Shown here: positions 9,569 through 19,187 of the stretch, in pieces
Layout of the letters: each line of letters starts with the position of its first letter
Numbering within the stretch: the stretch's first letter is position 1
NCBI GenBank assembly: GCA_019058315.1
Contig: JAHPZH010000004.1
Span: 96,001-160,000, forward strand
Direction: 5' to 3'
Source of the DNA: Candidatus Helarchaeota archaeon
Lineage (GTDB): Archaea > Asgardarchaeota > Lokiarchaeia > Helarchaeales > RDOG01
DNA: 64,000 nt
The notes under the pieces: model-generated
The model's database searches: none
Told to the model about the DNA's origin: nothing
Seen by the model: only the letters and a program-made list of their open reading frames with translations
Made by a program: the position numbers and the translations under genes

Positions 9569-10735
9569 ATGGGAAAAAATCCAGAATGTTTTCGTTTGCG
9601 TCCATGGGATAGGAGAGATAAAATTAATGTTTTCCTTTGTGGACTTGCATCTCGCGTAATTTACATAATTCTAACTTTCTTAATTTTTGCAAATACTCAT
9701 GATTTAGTTGATATGGTAGAAAAAGTAGCAATAGGAATGAATTATTTCATTTCAGGACAAAATCCATATGGTAGTTGGTATTTTCTACATGCGGGAGAAA
9801 GTAATTTATTTTCATGGTGGTATATAGATTTCTTTTACCAATATCCTCCGTTATCATTTATTGCATATCTACCGACCATGCTATATCCAAATAGTATGTA
9901 TCCTATGGATTTTCGTCCATCATTTTTCATTATGAATTTTTTTATTGATATGTATATTTTTTACAAGCTATTAAATCATAAAGTAAGATGGCCAGCTATC
10001 TTGTTTTGGGGTAATCCGCTTTTTGGCATGCTACTTGATTTCAGCACAATAACTTCTCTCCCTTTATTATTTTTAACTTTAGGATTAATAAATTCCGAAA
10101 AACCTAGAAGAAATGCGTTTTATCTTGGTTTAGCAACTCTTTCTTATACTTATTCGATAATCGTTCTTGGGTTTTTCTTCTTTCATTATTTAGATAAAGA
10201 AAATATTAAAGAATTTTTTATTGGTCTTTTAATTCCTCTCTCTATTTTTAGTATATTTCTTATTTGGAATCCCACAGCATTAATTTCTAATCTATTTTTC
10301 TCACAATTTGGTCATCCTCCCTATTCATTTAGTAATACGCCATATGAAATCCCTGCTTTACACATTTGTTCAATCCCTCCATATTTTTATACATTTATTA
10401 AACCATATAAACCTACGATTTATTTATCCAGTATAGGTTTAATACCCGGAGTTAATGGATATTCTGGAATTTGGTGGGGCGGTCCAAATATATCTCCCTA
10501 TATGTATATAGGTGTTTTAATAATTTCAATTTATTTAATTTTCAATTATTTTAAATATCATCGAAAATCCCTCTATTACTCATTTGGATATCCGTTTATC
10601 ATTTTAGGACTCTTGGTCCTCTCTAGTCCAGGGGGATTTGGTCATTATGCAGCAATTCCTGCACTTATAGCAGTTTTTGCATGGGAACAGAGAAAAATCC
10701 GTTATAAAGCTGAACCTAAAGAATCTTCAGAATGA
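9569..10735 (+). CDS. GT-C-like (GT87-like) integral membrane protein, copy 2 (tandem paralog)
   Basis: Long identical blocks shared with 8282-9469, e.g. WWYIDFFYQYPPLSFIAYLPT. Confidence 0.65.
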   Translation: MGKNPECFRLRPWDRRDKINVFLCGLASRVIYIILTFLIFANTHDLVDMVEKVAIGMNYFISGQNPYGSWYFLHAGESNLFSWWYIDFFYQYPPLSFIAYLPTMLYPNSMYPMDFRPSFFIMNFFIDMYIFYKLLNHKVRWPAILFWGNPLFGMLLDFSTITSLPLLFLTLGLINSEKPRRNAFYLGLATLSYTYSIIVLGFFFFHYLDKENIKEFFIGLLIPLSIFSIFLIWNPTALISNLFFSQFGHPPYSFSNTPYEIPALHICSIPPYFYTFIKPYKPTIYLSSIGLIPGVNGYSGIWWGGPNISPYMYIGVLIISIYLIFNYFKYHRKSLYYSFGYPFIILGLLVLSSPGGFGHYAAIPALIAVFAWEQRKIRYKAEPKESSE

Positions 10736-10832
10736 AATGAAGCTTAATATATTCTTTATTATAAAACTAATTATATTCAAATAGATCTTTCAAGTCAGAA
10801 TTATTTTTTTAAAATTTAAGAGGTCAAATAAA

Positions 10833-12296
10833 ATGAGTGGAAATCTCATCCTTATATTCGATGTAGGAACCACTGGGACTAGATCTATTATTTTTGATGT
10901 CCAAGGAAATGAGATTGGTAGATCATACGAAGAATATCCAAAGGAGAAACAGCCACCGGGTGTTTCAGAGCAAAACCCAAAAATCTGGTGGAATGCGATC
11001 AAAAATACAAGTACAAATGCGATTAAAGCTGCAAAAATAACCCCTAATGATATAGTTGGGATAAGTGCTTGTTTTTTTAGAGCTACTACTGCAGCAATAG
11101 ACAAAGAAGGAAATGTGCTATATCCAGCAATAACATGGATGGATGAAAGAAAATCCGAATCTGCTGAAAAACATGCTGATTTAATTGGAGAGTTGCGAAG
11201 AGCAATAAATAGAATTCTTTGGATTAAAGATAATAAACCAGATATTTTTGAAAAAACTTACAAATTTATTCAACCAGATTCTTTTATTTACAAAAAATTG
11301 GCAGACATATTTGCGACAGATTATTCAAATGCTATTTATGGAATTCTAGATTATGATACATTAAAATTATCTACCGATTTATCAGATCAATTTGGTATTC
11401 CAATGGATAAATGGGTTGATGTTTATGAATCAGGCAAAATAATAGGTGAATTGACATCAGAAGCAGCAAACGAACTTAACCTTCCAAAAGGATTACCAAT
11501 CATAATGGGGGGAGCAGATCAACAGTGTGCAGCATTAGGTCTTGGAACGATGATTGGTGAAATAAAAGCAACAACTGGGACTGGGACATTTGTAGATGCG
11601 GTCACTGATAAACCAGTATTTGACAAAACTAATGTATTATTTACATTACCACATGTTGTTAAAGGAGAATGGGTATTGGAAGGAGCTATGCCAGGAACAG
11701 GAGCTGCGTTAAGGTGGTTTAGAGATAATTTTTCAGAAAGACAATGTATCGAAGCTGAACTACAAAATAAAGATCCATTTAAATTATTGGAAGAAGAAGC
11801 AAAAGAAGTTCCTGCCGGATCTGGTGGACTTTTAATTATTCCTCTGTATTCATTTATGAAGGCTACAGTCCATGGTATGGGTTTTGGTCACAGCCGCAGT
11901 TTTTGGATACGAGCAATAATGGAATCAGCAGCATTAAGCATTAGATTATATCTGAGTTTTATTGAACCTATGACTCAAAGGATTAAAGAACTTAAAATCG
12001 ATGGTGGGGCAACAAAATCAGATTTATGGACTCAAATTCAAGCAGATGTAACTGGAAAGACCGTATTAATTCCGAAAATCGTTGATGGGGCAGCAATGGG
12101 TGCTGCTATCCTTGGTTTTCTTGGTACAAAAAATTATGGAACGATTGAAGATGCAGTTAAAAATATGGTAAAATATATTGATAAAAAAGAACCCAATTCA
12201 GCGAATAAAAAGGTATATAAGAAATTATTTCGTGTTTTTGAATCTGAAACAATTACGATTCATGGTAAAAAACGCATAACTGGTAAAATTTTATGA
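10833..12296 (+). CDS. FGGY-family carbohydrate kinase (xylulokinase-like)
   Basis: DVGTTG, ITWMDER, GGADQQCAALG, GTGT, DGGA, W.QIQADV. Confidence 0.9.
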   Translation: MSGNLILIFDVGTTGTRSIIFDVQGNEIGRSYEEYPKEKQPPGVSEQNPKIWWNAIKNTSTNAIKAAKITPNDIVGISACFFRATTAAIDKEGNVLYPAITWMDERKSESAEKHADLIGELRRAINRILWIKDNKPDIFEKTYKFIQPDSFIYKKLADIFATDYSNAIYGILDYDTLKLSTDLSDQFGIPMDKWVDVYESGKIIGELTSEAANELNLPKGLPIIMGGADQQCAALGLGTMIGEIKATTGTGTFVDAVTDKPVFDKTNVLFTLPHVVKGEWVLEGAMPGTGAALRWFRDNFSERQCIEAELQNKDPFKLLEEEAKEVPAGSGGLLIIPLYSFMKATVHGMGFGHSRSFWIRAIMESAALSIRLYLSFIEPMTQRIKELKIDGGATKSDLWTQIQADVTGKTVLIPKIVDGAAMGAAILGFLGTKNYGTIEDAVKNMVKYIDKKEPNSANKKVYKKLFRVFESETITIHGKKRITGKIL

Positions 12297-12302
12297 TTAA
12301 AA

Positions 12303-13133
12303 ATGTTACGTAAACGAAAAAAATCAGAACGATTAGGATTTTTTCAGAATCAGATATTATTTTTACTAAAATATAGAAGCATGCATGGATATGAGCTTTT
12401 AGAAGTTTTAAAGAAAAAAGGTTGGCGTCCATCCACTGGATCGTTGTATCCTGCTTTAAGAAAACTCGAAGAAAAAGGATATATCGAATCATTTGAAAGT
12501 TCTCAATTACGAGGACCAAAAAAACGAAAAAATTACATACTAACTGTAAAAGGTTTGGATTATATACAAGAGAATTTCTTTTATGACATCACTCAAGATC
12601 TACTTAGAGCTAGATTATACCTAAATCCTTTTCAGGAATTGGTTAATAATTTAACACCATATTTTAATAAGGGAGGTTTAGTTTTAGATTTGTTAAATTA
12701 TATAGACCCAAATGCAGTCCTAAATTATCTACTTAAAGGAAACATCCCAAAAAATATTAAATTTATGAAGGTTTATGAATTTTATAACCTAATTAATGAA
12801 AATAAAATGCAAAATTGGCTTCAAATTTTATTATTTTTTCCATTTTCAATGACTTATAGTGAATTTGGTGTTTCAGCAGTAGAAAAATATCAAGAATTGT
12901 TTAAAAAAATCGAGAAATTCCTCACTGATGATGGGAAACTTTGGATCATTGATGTAGAATGGATTGAAGCACATTTTTTAGTGGATGCATTGACTTTTTT
13001 AGCGACTGGTGATATAAAACAATTGGCTTATACATTTGATGAGATTAAAAACCTATTATTATCAATTAATTTTAGAAATATAACAAAAATCAGTTCAAAA
13101 AATGGTATCCTAGTTATATCCGCAGATAAATAG
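12303..13133 (+). CDS. PadR-family regulator with degenerate methyltransferase-fold C-terminal domain, copy 1
   Basis: HGYEL, GSLYPALRKLEEKGYI, RKNYILT.KG; C-terminus FLTDDGKLWIID...ISADK. Confidence 0.8.
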   Translation: MLRKRKKSERLGFFQNQILFLLKYRSMHGYELLEVLKKKGWRPSTGSLYPALRKLEEKGYIESFESSQLRGPKKRKNYILTVKGLDYIQENFFYDITQDLLRARLYLNPFQELVNNLTPYFNKGGLVLDLLNYIDPNAVLNYLLKGNIPKNIKFMKVYEFYNLINENKMQNWLQILLFFPFSMTYSEFGVSAVEKYQELFKKIEKFLTDDGKLWIIDVEWIEAHFLVDALTFLATGDIKQLAYTFDEIKNLLLSINFRNITKISSKNGILVISADK

Positions 13134-13154
13134 GTAAGGAATATGTCATAAAAA

Positions 13155-13985
13155 ATGTTTCGCAAACGAAAAAAATCAGAACAATTAGGAGTTTTTCAGA
13201 ATCAAATATTGTTCTTATTGAAATATAGAAGCATGTATGGATATGAGCTTTTAGAAGTTTTAAATAAAAAAGGTTGGCGCACATCGACTGGATCGCTTTA
13301 CCCTACTTTAAAAAAACTCGAAGAAAAAGGATATATCAAAACGTTTGAAAGTTCTCAATTACGAGGACCAAAAAAACGAAAAAATTACATACTAACTATA
13401 AAAGGTTTGGATTATTTACAAAGGAATTTCTTTTATGATCTTACTAAAGACATTTTTATGACTAAATTATATATAAATCCTTTTCAAGAAGTGGTTAATA
13501 ATTTAACCCCATATTTTAATAGAGGAGGTTTAGTTTTAGATTTATTAAATCATGTTGATCCAAAGGCAATTCTGAATCATCTCCTTAAAGGAAATATCCC
13601 AAAAAATATCAAATTCATGAAAATTTACGAATTTTATAACTTAATAAAAGAAAATAAAATGAATATGTGGTCCCAAATTTTATTATACTTTCCATTTTCA
13701 ATGACATATCGTGATTTTGGTGGGTCTCCTGTAGAAAGATATCAAGAATTGTTCAATCATATTAAGAATTTCCTCATTGATGATGGAAAACTTTGGATAA
13801 CTGATACAGAATGGATTAAATCACATTTTTTGGTCGACGCATTGACTTTCTTAGCGACTGGTGATACAAAACAAATAGCATATACATTTGATGAGATTAA
13901 AAGCCTATTATTATCTATTGATTTTAAAAATATAACAAAAGTCAGTTCAAAAAATGGTATTCTTATTATATCTGCAGATAAATAA
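13155..13985 (+). CDS. PadR-family regulator, copy 2 (tandem paralog)
   Basis: Same length (276 aa) and collinear high identity with copy 1. Confidence 0.8.
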   Translation: MFRKRKKSEQLGVFQNQILFLLKYRSMYGYELLEVLNKKGWRTSTGSLYPTLKKLEEKGYIKTFESSQLRGPKKRKNYILTIKGLDYLQRNFFYDLTKDIFMTKLYINPFQEVVNNLTPYFNRGGLVLDLLNHVDPKAILNHLLKGNIPKNIKFMKIYEFYNLIKENKMNMWSQILLYFPFSMTYRDFGGSPVERYQELFNHIKNFLIDDGKLWITDTEWIKSHFLVDALTFLATGDTKQIAYTFDEIKSLLLSIDFKNITKVSSKNGILIISADK

Positions 13986-14000
13986 AGTTGAGTTATTGTG

Positions 14001-15218
14001 CTACAAAATTCCAAATTTATCTTTTATTTTACAACGAATATAGTGGAACCCTACACGAAACTCAATTCCTTTCATATTAAATCTCCCCATTAAAAAGGTT
14101 GCGAGCATTTTTTCAAGTTTTTTATCTTTTGACCCCCATCTAACACCTTTTTCGCATCGTTTTTTATTTAAAAGAACCCAGTTCTTTGCAAAATATTGTA
14201 ATTTAAGTTCTTTGCTAATATTTTTCTTCCAGATTTTTTTGAATTTTGACATTTTTTTTGCATTAAATTCATTTTCCTTTAATACTTGAATGCACGTTTC
14301 TGCTGCAGCTTTAGCAGAACTCATGGCATAATAAATCCCTTCACCTGTAATTGCCGAAACAAAGCCCGCAGCGTCTCCTATAAGTAAAGTCCTATTGGAA
14401 TAACAATTGTTGAAAGGAATTGACAAAGGTATTAGAGCTGCCCTAAATCCTTGTGTCTGGAATTCTTCTGGGATTAAACCATTTCTTTTTAAAACATTTA
14501 GAAATCTAGAATATTGTTCTCGCATTCTATTTCCATGCTTGATTAAAGTTCCAATCCCGATACTTATGCTTTCTTTTTTAGGGAATATCCAAGCATATCC
14601 AGGCAAATCGTTGAAATGTAAGAAAAGATGAACACATCTGTTTTTAGTATAAATATTATCCATTGTCTTTTTTCCTAGTTGGATGTTCTCCTCAATTGCC
14701 AAACCCATATCATCTTTAGCCCATTTATTTTGAAGATTTGAATTCTTGTTAACTATCGAATGAACCGAATCGGCACCTATTATTATTTGACTTTTAATCC
14801 TTTCACCATTTTGTAAATATGTAGTTGCCTTATTAGTGCTTATCTCTATTTTCTGTGCCTTGTTTTTTTCCCATAATTCACATCCAGCTTTTTTTGCTAA
14901 TTTAATTAGATTATAATCGAAATCCGTTCTACCAGATGTCATAGCCATGAGTGGCTCTTTATTAGTTTCAGAAAATAGATTTAACCTATATTTTAAAGAA
15001 GGGGAATAGATTCTAGCAGCAAAATTATAGTTTTCAATAAATGGTCTAATATATGGAAAATCTATGAAAGTATGAAACATTAGCCCTCCTGCACATACTT
15101 TATCTCTTGGGAATTTGGCTTTATCAACAATAATTGTTGAGATGCCATTTTCAGCTAATATCTTTCCCGCCGTAGAACCCGCAGGACCTCCACCAATAAT
15201 TAGAACTTGACAGTCCAT
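14001..15218 (-). CDS. Geranylgeranyl reductase-family protein
   Basis: IGGGPAG, PRDKVCAGG, GYAWIFP, GDAAG, GEGIYYA. Confidence 0.9.
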   Translation of the reverse strand: MDCQVLIIGGGPAGSTAGKILAENGISTIIVDKAKFPRDKVCAGGLMFHTFIDFPYIRPFIENYNFAARIYSPSLKYRLNLFSETNKEPLMAMTSGRTDFDYNLIKLAKKAGCELWEKNKAQKIEISTNKATTYLQNGERIKSQIIIGADSVHSIVNKNSNLQNKWAKDDMGLAIEENIQLGKKTMDNIYTKNRCVHLFLHFNDLPGYAWIFPKKESISIGIGTLIKHGNRMREQYSRFLNVLKRNGLIPEEFQTQGFRAALIPLSIPFNNCYSNRTLLIGDAAGFVSAITGEGIYYAMSSAKAAAETCIQVLKENEFNAKKMSKFKKIWKKNISKELKLQYFAKNWVLLNKKRCEKGVRWGSKDKKLEKMLATFLMGRFNMKGIEFRVGFHYIRCKIKDKFGIL

Positions 15219-15278
15219 ATTCTTATCCTAATAATATTCTGATATTTAAAAGAAGAAAAAAAGATTAAATTTTTGTTT

Positions 15279-16097
15279 TTACTTGCCTCTCCATTTAGGC
15301 TTTTTCTTCTGTAGACGAGCTACTGCCCCAGAAGCAAAATCTTTTGAATGTAGTAATTGAGAGTTAATTAAACCTTCTAAAAACGTGTTATGTTCTAAAT
15401 GTTTACCATAAGCATGATCGATAAATCGTTTAGCTAGACCTACTGCTAAAGGAGCTGCCTCAATCAACTCATCTGCATAGTCTGAAACCATTTTATCTAG
15501 TTCTTCATGAGTTTTTGCTACTCCTTTAAGTAAACCCATTTGATAAGCTTCATTTGCATCGAAAGTTCGTCCTGTCATCATAATGTCTTTTGCGACTGGA
15601 ATACCTACCAACCGAACTAACCTTGTTGTCCCACCTATATCACTAATAATCCCAATTCTACTTTCTACCATGTTTAATTTTGCTGTTTCAATTGCAAATC
15701 GAAAATCGCAAGCAAGTGATAATTCGAAGGCTGCCCCAAAGCAATAACCATTTATTTTAGCTATAACAGGCTTCTCCATTTGCTCAATTCTATTGTATAT
15801 TGGTTGTAAATAGCTATTTAACCAATATCTGAAATTATTGGGTTTTAATGGTGTTTTTCTAGCGGCTCCTGGATCTTGTCCTGTTAACGTTTTTAAATCG
15901 ATTCCAGCTGAAAAAGTGTCACCGCCTCCAGTAATTACAACTACACGGGTATCGGAAACTTCAATTTCCTCAATGGCATTTTTAATACCTTCAAATAGGT
16001 CATAATTTAACGCATTTTTCTTTTTTAATCTGTTCATTTTAATAGTTGTTATCTTTCTTTCTTCATCTTTTTCAATAAGTATAACTTTTTCTTCCAT
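15279..16097 (-). CDS. Enoyl-CoA hydratase/isomerase family protein
   Basis: FSAGIDL, KPVIAKING.CFG..FELSLACDFR, GGT.RL. Confidence 0.92.
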   Translation of the reverse strand: MEEKVILIEKDEERKITTIKMNRLKKKNALNYDLFEGIKNAIEEIEVSDTRVVVITGGGDTFSAGIDLKTLTGQDPGAARKTPLKPNNFRYWLNSYLQPIYNRIEQMEKPVIAKINGYCFGAAFELSLACDFRFAIETAKLNMVESRIGIISDIGGTTRLVRLVGIPVAKDIMMTGRTFDANEAYQMGLLKGVAKTHEELDKMVSDYADELIEAAPLAVGLAKRFIDHAYGKHLEHNTFLEGLINSQLLHSKDFASGAVARLQKKKPKWRGK

Positions 16098-16225
16098 GAA
16101 AATCCCTTTTTATTTTTATAGAATTTATAAATTTACAGAGTAGGCTAGTTTTTTAAAAATTTCATAAAAAATCGCTGAATAAAGAAGTAACTAACTGAAG
16201 TAATTAATTAGAAAGAGAAGTTAAA

Positions 16226-17041
16226 TTAGATTAGTTCTTTGACCTTCTCTATAATTTTAGGCAAAATATCTCCAATTTTACCATGAATTACAATATCTGC
16301 TAGGTAGTCCTTGCCAGTCTCGTCTAAATTGATTATAATCAACTTTGCTCCCGAACTCTCAGCAATATGGGGATAACCTGCTGCTGGGTAGACTGTTAAT
16401 GTTGATCCAAGAATTATCATGCAATCACATCGCTGGCTATATGCTTGTGCCTTCATTATTGCATCTGGGGGTAAAGATTCACCAAATAAAATTGTGTCAG
16501 TTTTCATTAAACCATCACAATCTTCTCTTATGCATAAAGGTGGCAATTCTCCATTTCTAACTCTATTAATAACACTCTCTCTGGTTTCTTTTAATCCACA
16601 ATCCATACAGTGACAACCTACAACGTTTCCATGAAGTTCTATAACCTCACAATTTCCCGAATTTAATTGTTGTTGTGCTTTTTGATGAAGATTATCGATG
16701 TTCTGGGTTATTAAAGCTTTTAATTTTCCAATTTTTTCTAATTCTGCTAAGGCTATATGTCCTTCGTTTGGTTTACGGCTTAAAATATCTCCCATGCCTC
16801 CCTTACTTTTCTCTTCATTTTCTGGTAGGTATCTCGACCAATATCTGGAAGGATCTTCTAAATAGTATTCAATAGTTGCTGTCTTCGGATCAACTTTTTT
16901 CCATAATCCATCTTTACCTCGAAAATCGGGAATTCCACTTTCAGTTGAAATTCCAGCTCCAGTAAAAGCAACTATATAATTAGAATCTCTTATTAATTTC
17001 GCCGCAAGCGCAATTCTTTTTTCAATTTCTTCTTCATCCAA
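16226..17041 (-). CDS. cobB: Sir2-family NAD-dependent protein deacylase
   Basis: TGAGISTESGIPDFRG, ITQNIDNLH, ELHG, Zn-binding Cys pairs. Confidence 0.95.
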   Translation of the reverse strand: MDEEEIEKRIALAAKLIRDSNYIVAFTGAGISTESGIPDFRGKDGLWKKVDPKTATIEYYLEDPSRYWSRYLPENEEKSKGGMGDILSRKPNEGHIALAELEKIGKLKALITQNIDNLHQKAQQQLNSGNCEVIELHGNVVGCHCMDCGLKETRESVINRVRNGELPPLCIREDCDGLMKTDTILFGESLPPDAIMKAQAYSQRCDCMIILGSTLTVYPAAGYPHIAESSGAKLIIINLDETGKDYLADIVIHGKIGDILPKIIEKVKELI

Positions 17042-17059
17042 AACTTACACCTAAATATT

Positions 17060-18505
17060 TTATTCTAAATTATCAGTCAAATTTCTCAATTCAATTCTAA
17101 TCTGCTTTAAAGCTTTATTTTTTAATTTTCTATTGACTTCAAAACTATATGTCCTAGTTAATTGGAGAAATTTAAGATCATTTTCATCTAAAATAACATC
17201 ATGTTTTGTTTTAAATTTCTCTAAATGAATATCAATTTCCTGATCTTTAATAACTTTATCAATATCTTGATACAAATTTTTATTCCTATCAATAATTTGT
17301 CCTAATCGTTCATTAAGATATTTTAAATAAGAATTAATCGAATTTAACTTTTTAATTCTATTCTCTTTTTTATAATAATCCAACAGGTATTTATCAATTT
17401 CAAAGAATATTTTTAATTCCCCAATAACCTCCATCATAGCTAAATTTTCTTTAATCCTTAAAATATTTTTTTCAATTAAAGTTTTATTAAATAAATTCAT
17501 AAAATTTGAAAATATTAGCTCCCCTGATTTTTTTCGCCATTTTTGGGTCTCATATAATTTCTTATAAGGTATATTTCTGGTATATGTTATTATTGAATTC
17601 AAATAATTAGTTTTAAAGAATTTTTTTATAAAAAATTTTAAATTTTGGGGAAATATTTTAGTAATTTCTTTTTCAAAATCAAAAAAATGTTCAAAAAATT
17701 GTTCTATTGATGAAATATTTAATAGATTTTCTAGTTTTTCTTGTAATTTTATACTAGGTTCTCCGATAAATTCTCTAGGAAATAAATTTAATATCGGATT
17801 AAAGGATAAATCACTTTTCATGAAAAAAATTATAAGACTATATAAAATCTTTCCAAAACCAAAGGAATACGAATAAAAGATATCTTTATCTTCATTTATA
17901 GACAACTTATGCAAATCTGGGAATGAATCAAGATAATTTGATTGTTCTATAAGTTTTTGAATATAAAATCTCAGTTCGACTTTATTAATATTAAATAATT
18001 TCGAAAAATTGGAATAACTTATCAAATCTTTTATTTCCAAATTATAGTTTAATTGATTTAATAATAAAAATAATTTAATTTTACAAAAAAAATCCTTATT
18101 TTGAATTAAATTAGGAATGTTATTTTTTATATAAGGCCAAGTTAAAAAGATAATAAATTTTCGTTCTACATTTAAGGGATACTTGGTTTCAAGTTTCTCA
18201 ATTAAAGGAAAAAATTCAAACTCAATATCTTTTATATCAATTTCTAATTTAATAATTGGCTCTTCTACCTCCAATCGAATTTCTTCTATACCTTTATCGG
18301 TTATACTATATTTTATTCTTTTTCTAGTCGCTTCGTTAATGGTTTCTATTTGAATTAATTCTTTATTCTTTAATTGTTTTAAATAATGAAAAAAAGTAGA
18401 ACGAGGAATTTTTTTATCAAAAAATTTTTCCAAATCACGAGAATATGTAGTTCCTCTATTATAGAGGTATTTTAAAATAATTTTTTCTTTATTTTTTGTG
18501 ATCAA
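17060..18505 (-). CDS. Hypothetical protein with N-terminal winged helix-turn-helix
   Basis: RSTFFHYLKQLKNKELI...YSITDKG; long helical remainder; GAGG upstream. Confidence 0.6.
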   Translation of the reverse strand: MITKNKEKIILKYLYNRGTTYSRDLEKFFDKKIPRSTFFHYLKQLKNKELIQIETINEATRKRIKYSITDKGIEEIRLEVEEPIIKLEIDIKDIEFEFFPLIEKLETKYPLNVERKFIIFLTWPYIKNNIPNLIQNKDFFCKIKLFLLLNQLNYNLEIKDLISYSNFSKLFNINKVELRFYIQKLIEQSNYLDSFPDLHKLSINEDKDIFYSYSFGFGKILYSLIIFFMKSDLSFNPILNLFPREFIGEPSIKLQEKLENLLNISSIEQFFEHFFDFEKEITKIFPQNLKFFIKKFFKTNYLNSIITYTRNIPYKKLYETQKWRKKSGELIFSNFMNLFNKTLIEKNILRIKENLAMMEVIGELKIFFEIDKYLLDYYKKENRIKKLNSINSYLKYLNERLGQIIDRNKNLYQDIDKVIKDQEIDIHLEKFKTKHDVILDENDLKFLQLTRTYSFEVNRKLKNKALKQIRIELRNLTDNLE

Positions 18506-18664
18506 ATAGTTTCCTCTTTTCTATTTTTTCAGATTTACAAGTCCAAAATTAGGTCTAACAAGATATTGTTCTTAAACTATTTTTAAAACTTTTAGCTTTA
18601 TAAAATCTATGTGATATAAATAATCATAATAAAGAATACGTTAAAAATATCAAGGTTTTAAAAA

Positions 18665-19003
18665 ATGAAAATAGAGAAAAACGAGAAAATAGAGAAAACG
18701 GGGAAAATAGAGAAAATAGAGAAAATAACTCTCACGAAAATTTTTAGTTTGGACTTAAAAGATCCAATAATTGTAGAGATGAAAGAAAATAATAAAAAAG
18801 ATAGAAGATTTTCTCTTTTTTATAAACCCCTTAAAATTTATGCATTTGGGTCCACCATAGATATGTGTTTAAAAGATTTTCAAGAACAGCTATATTTATT
18901 ATATAAAGTATATACAACAAGAGGAGATCAAGATTTAAAAAGGGGAAGTAGAATACAAAAAAATAAATTCTTAAATATGGTAAATATCACTTCAAGTGCT
19001 TAG
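18665..19003 (+). CDS. Small hypothetical protein, possibly HicB-like fold, with N-terminal KIE repeats
   Basis: LKIYAFGSTIDMCLKDFQEQL resembles the HicB beta-beta-alpha core. Confidence 0.5.
   Translation: MKIEKNEKIEKTGKIEKIEKITLTKIFSLDLKDPIIVEMKENNKKDRRFSLFYKPLKIYAFGSTIDMCLKDFQEQLYLLYKVYTTRGDQDLKRGSRIQKNKFLNMVNITSSA
18668..18730 (+). repeat. Imperfect 9-bp tandem repeat (AAAATAGAG) x7, in frame
   Basis: Encodes KIE KNE KIE KTG KIE KIE KIT. Confidence 0.85.
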
Positions 19004-19187
19004 ATTAATTTTTCTTCTAAATAAAAATATCATTCTTTAATTATCCAATTTCTAATTTTTTATTATTTATTTAATAAATACAATTTAAATAAACGTAAAT
19101 TGTAATCAAACTAATTTTTTTAAGAAATTTTTTAATTCTTTTAAATTACATTAATTTGTTTTAAATATTTTTAAAATTCTATAAGCT

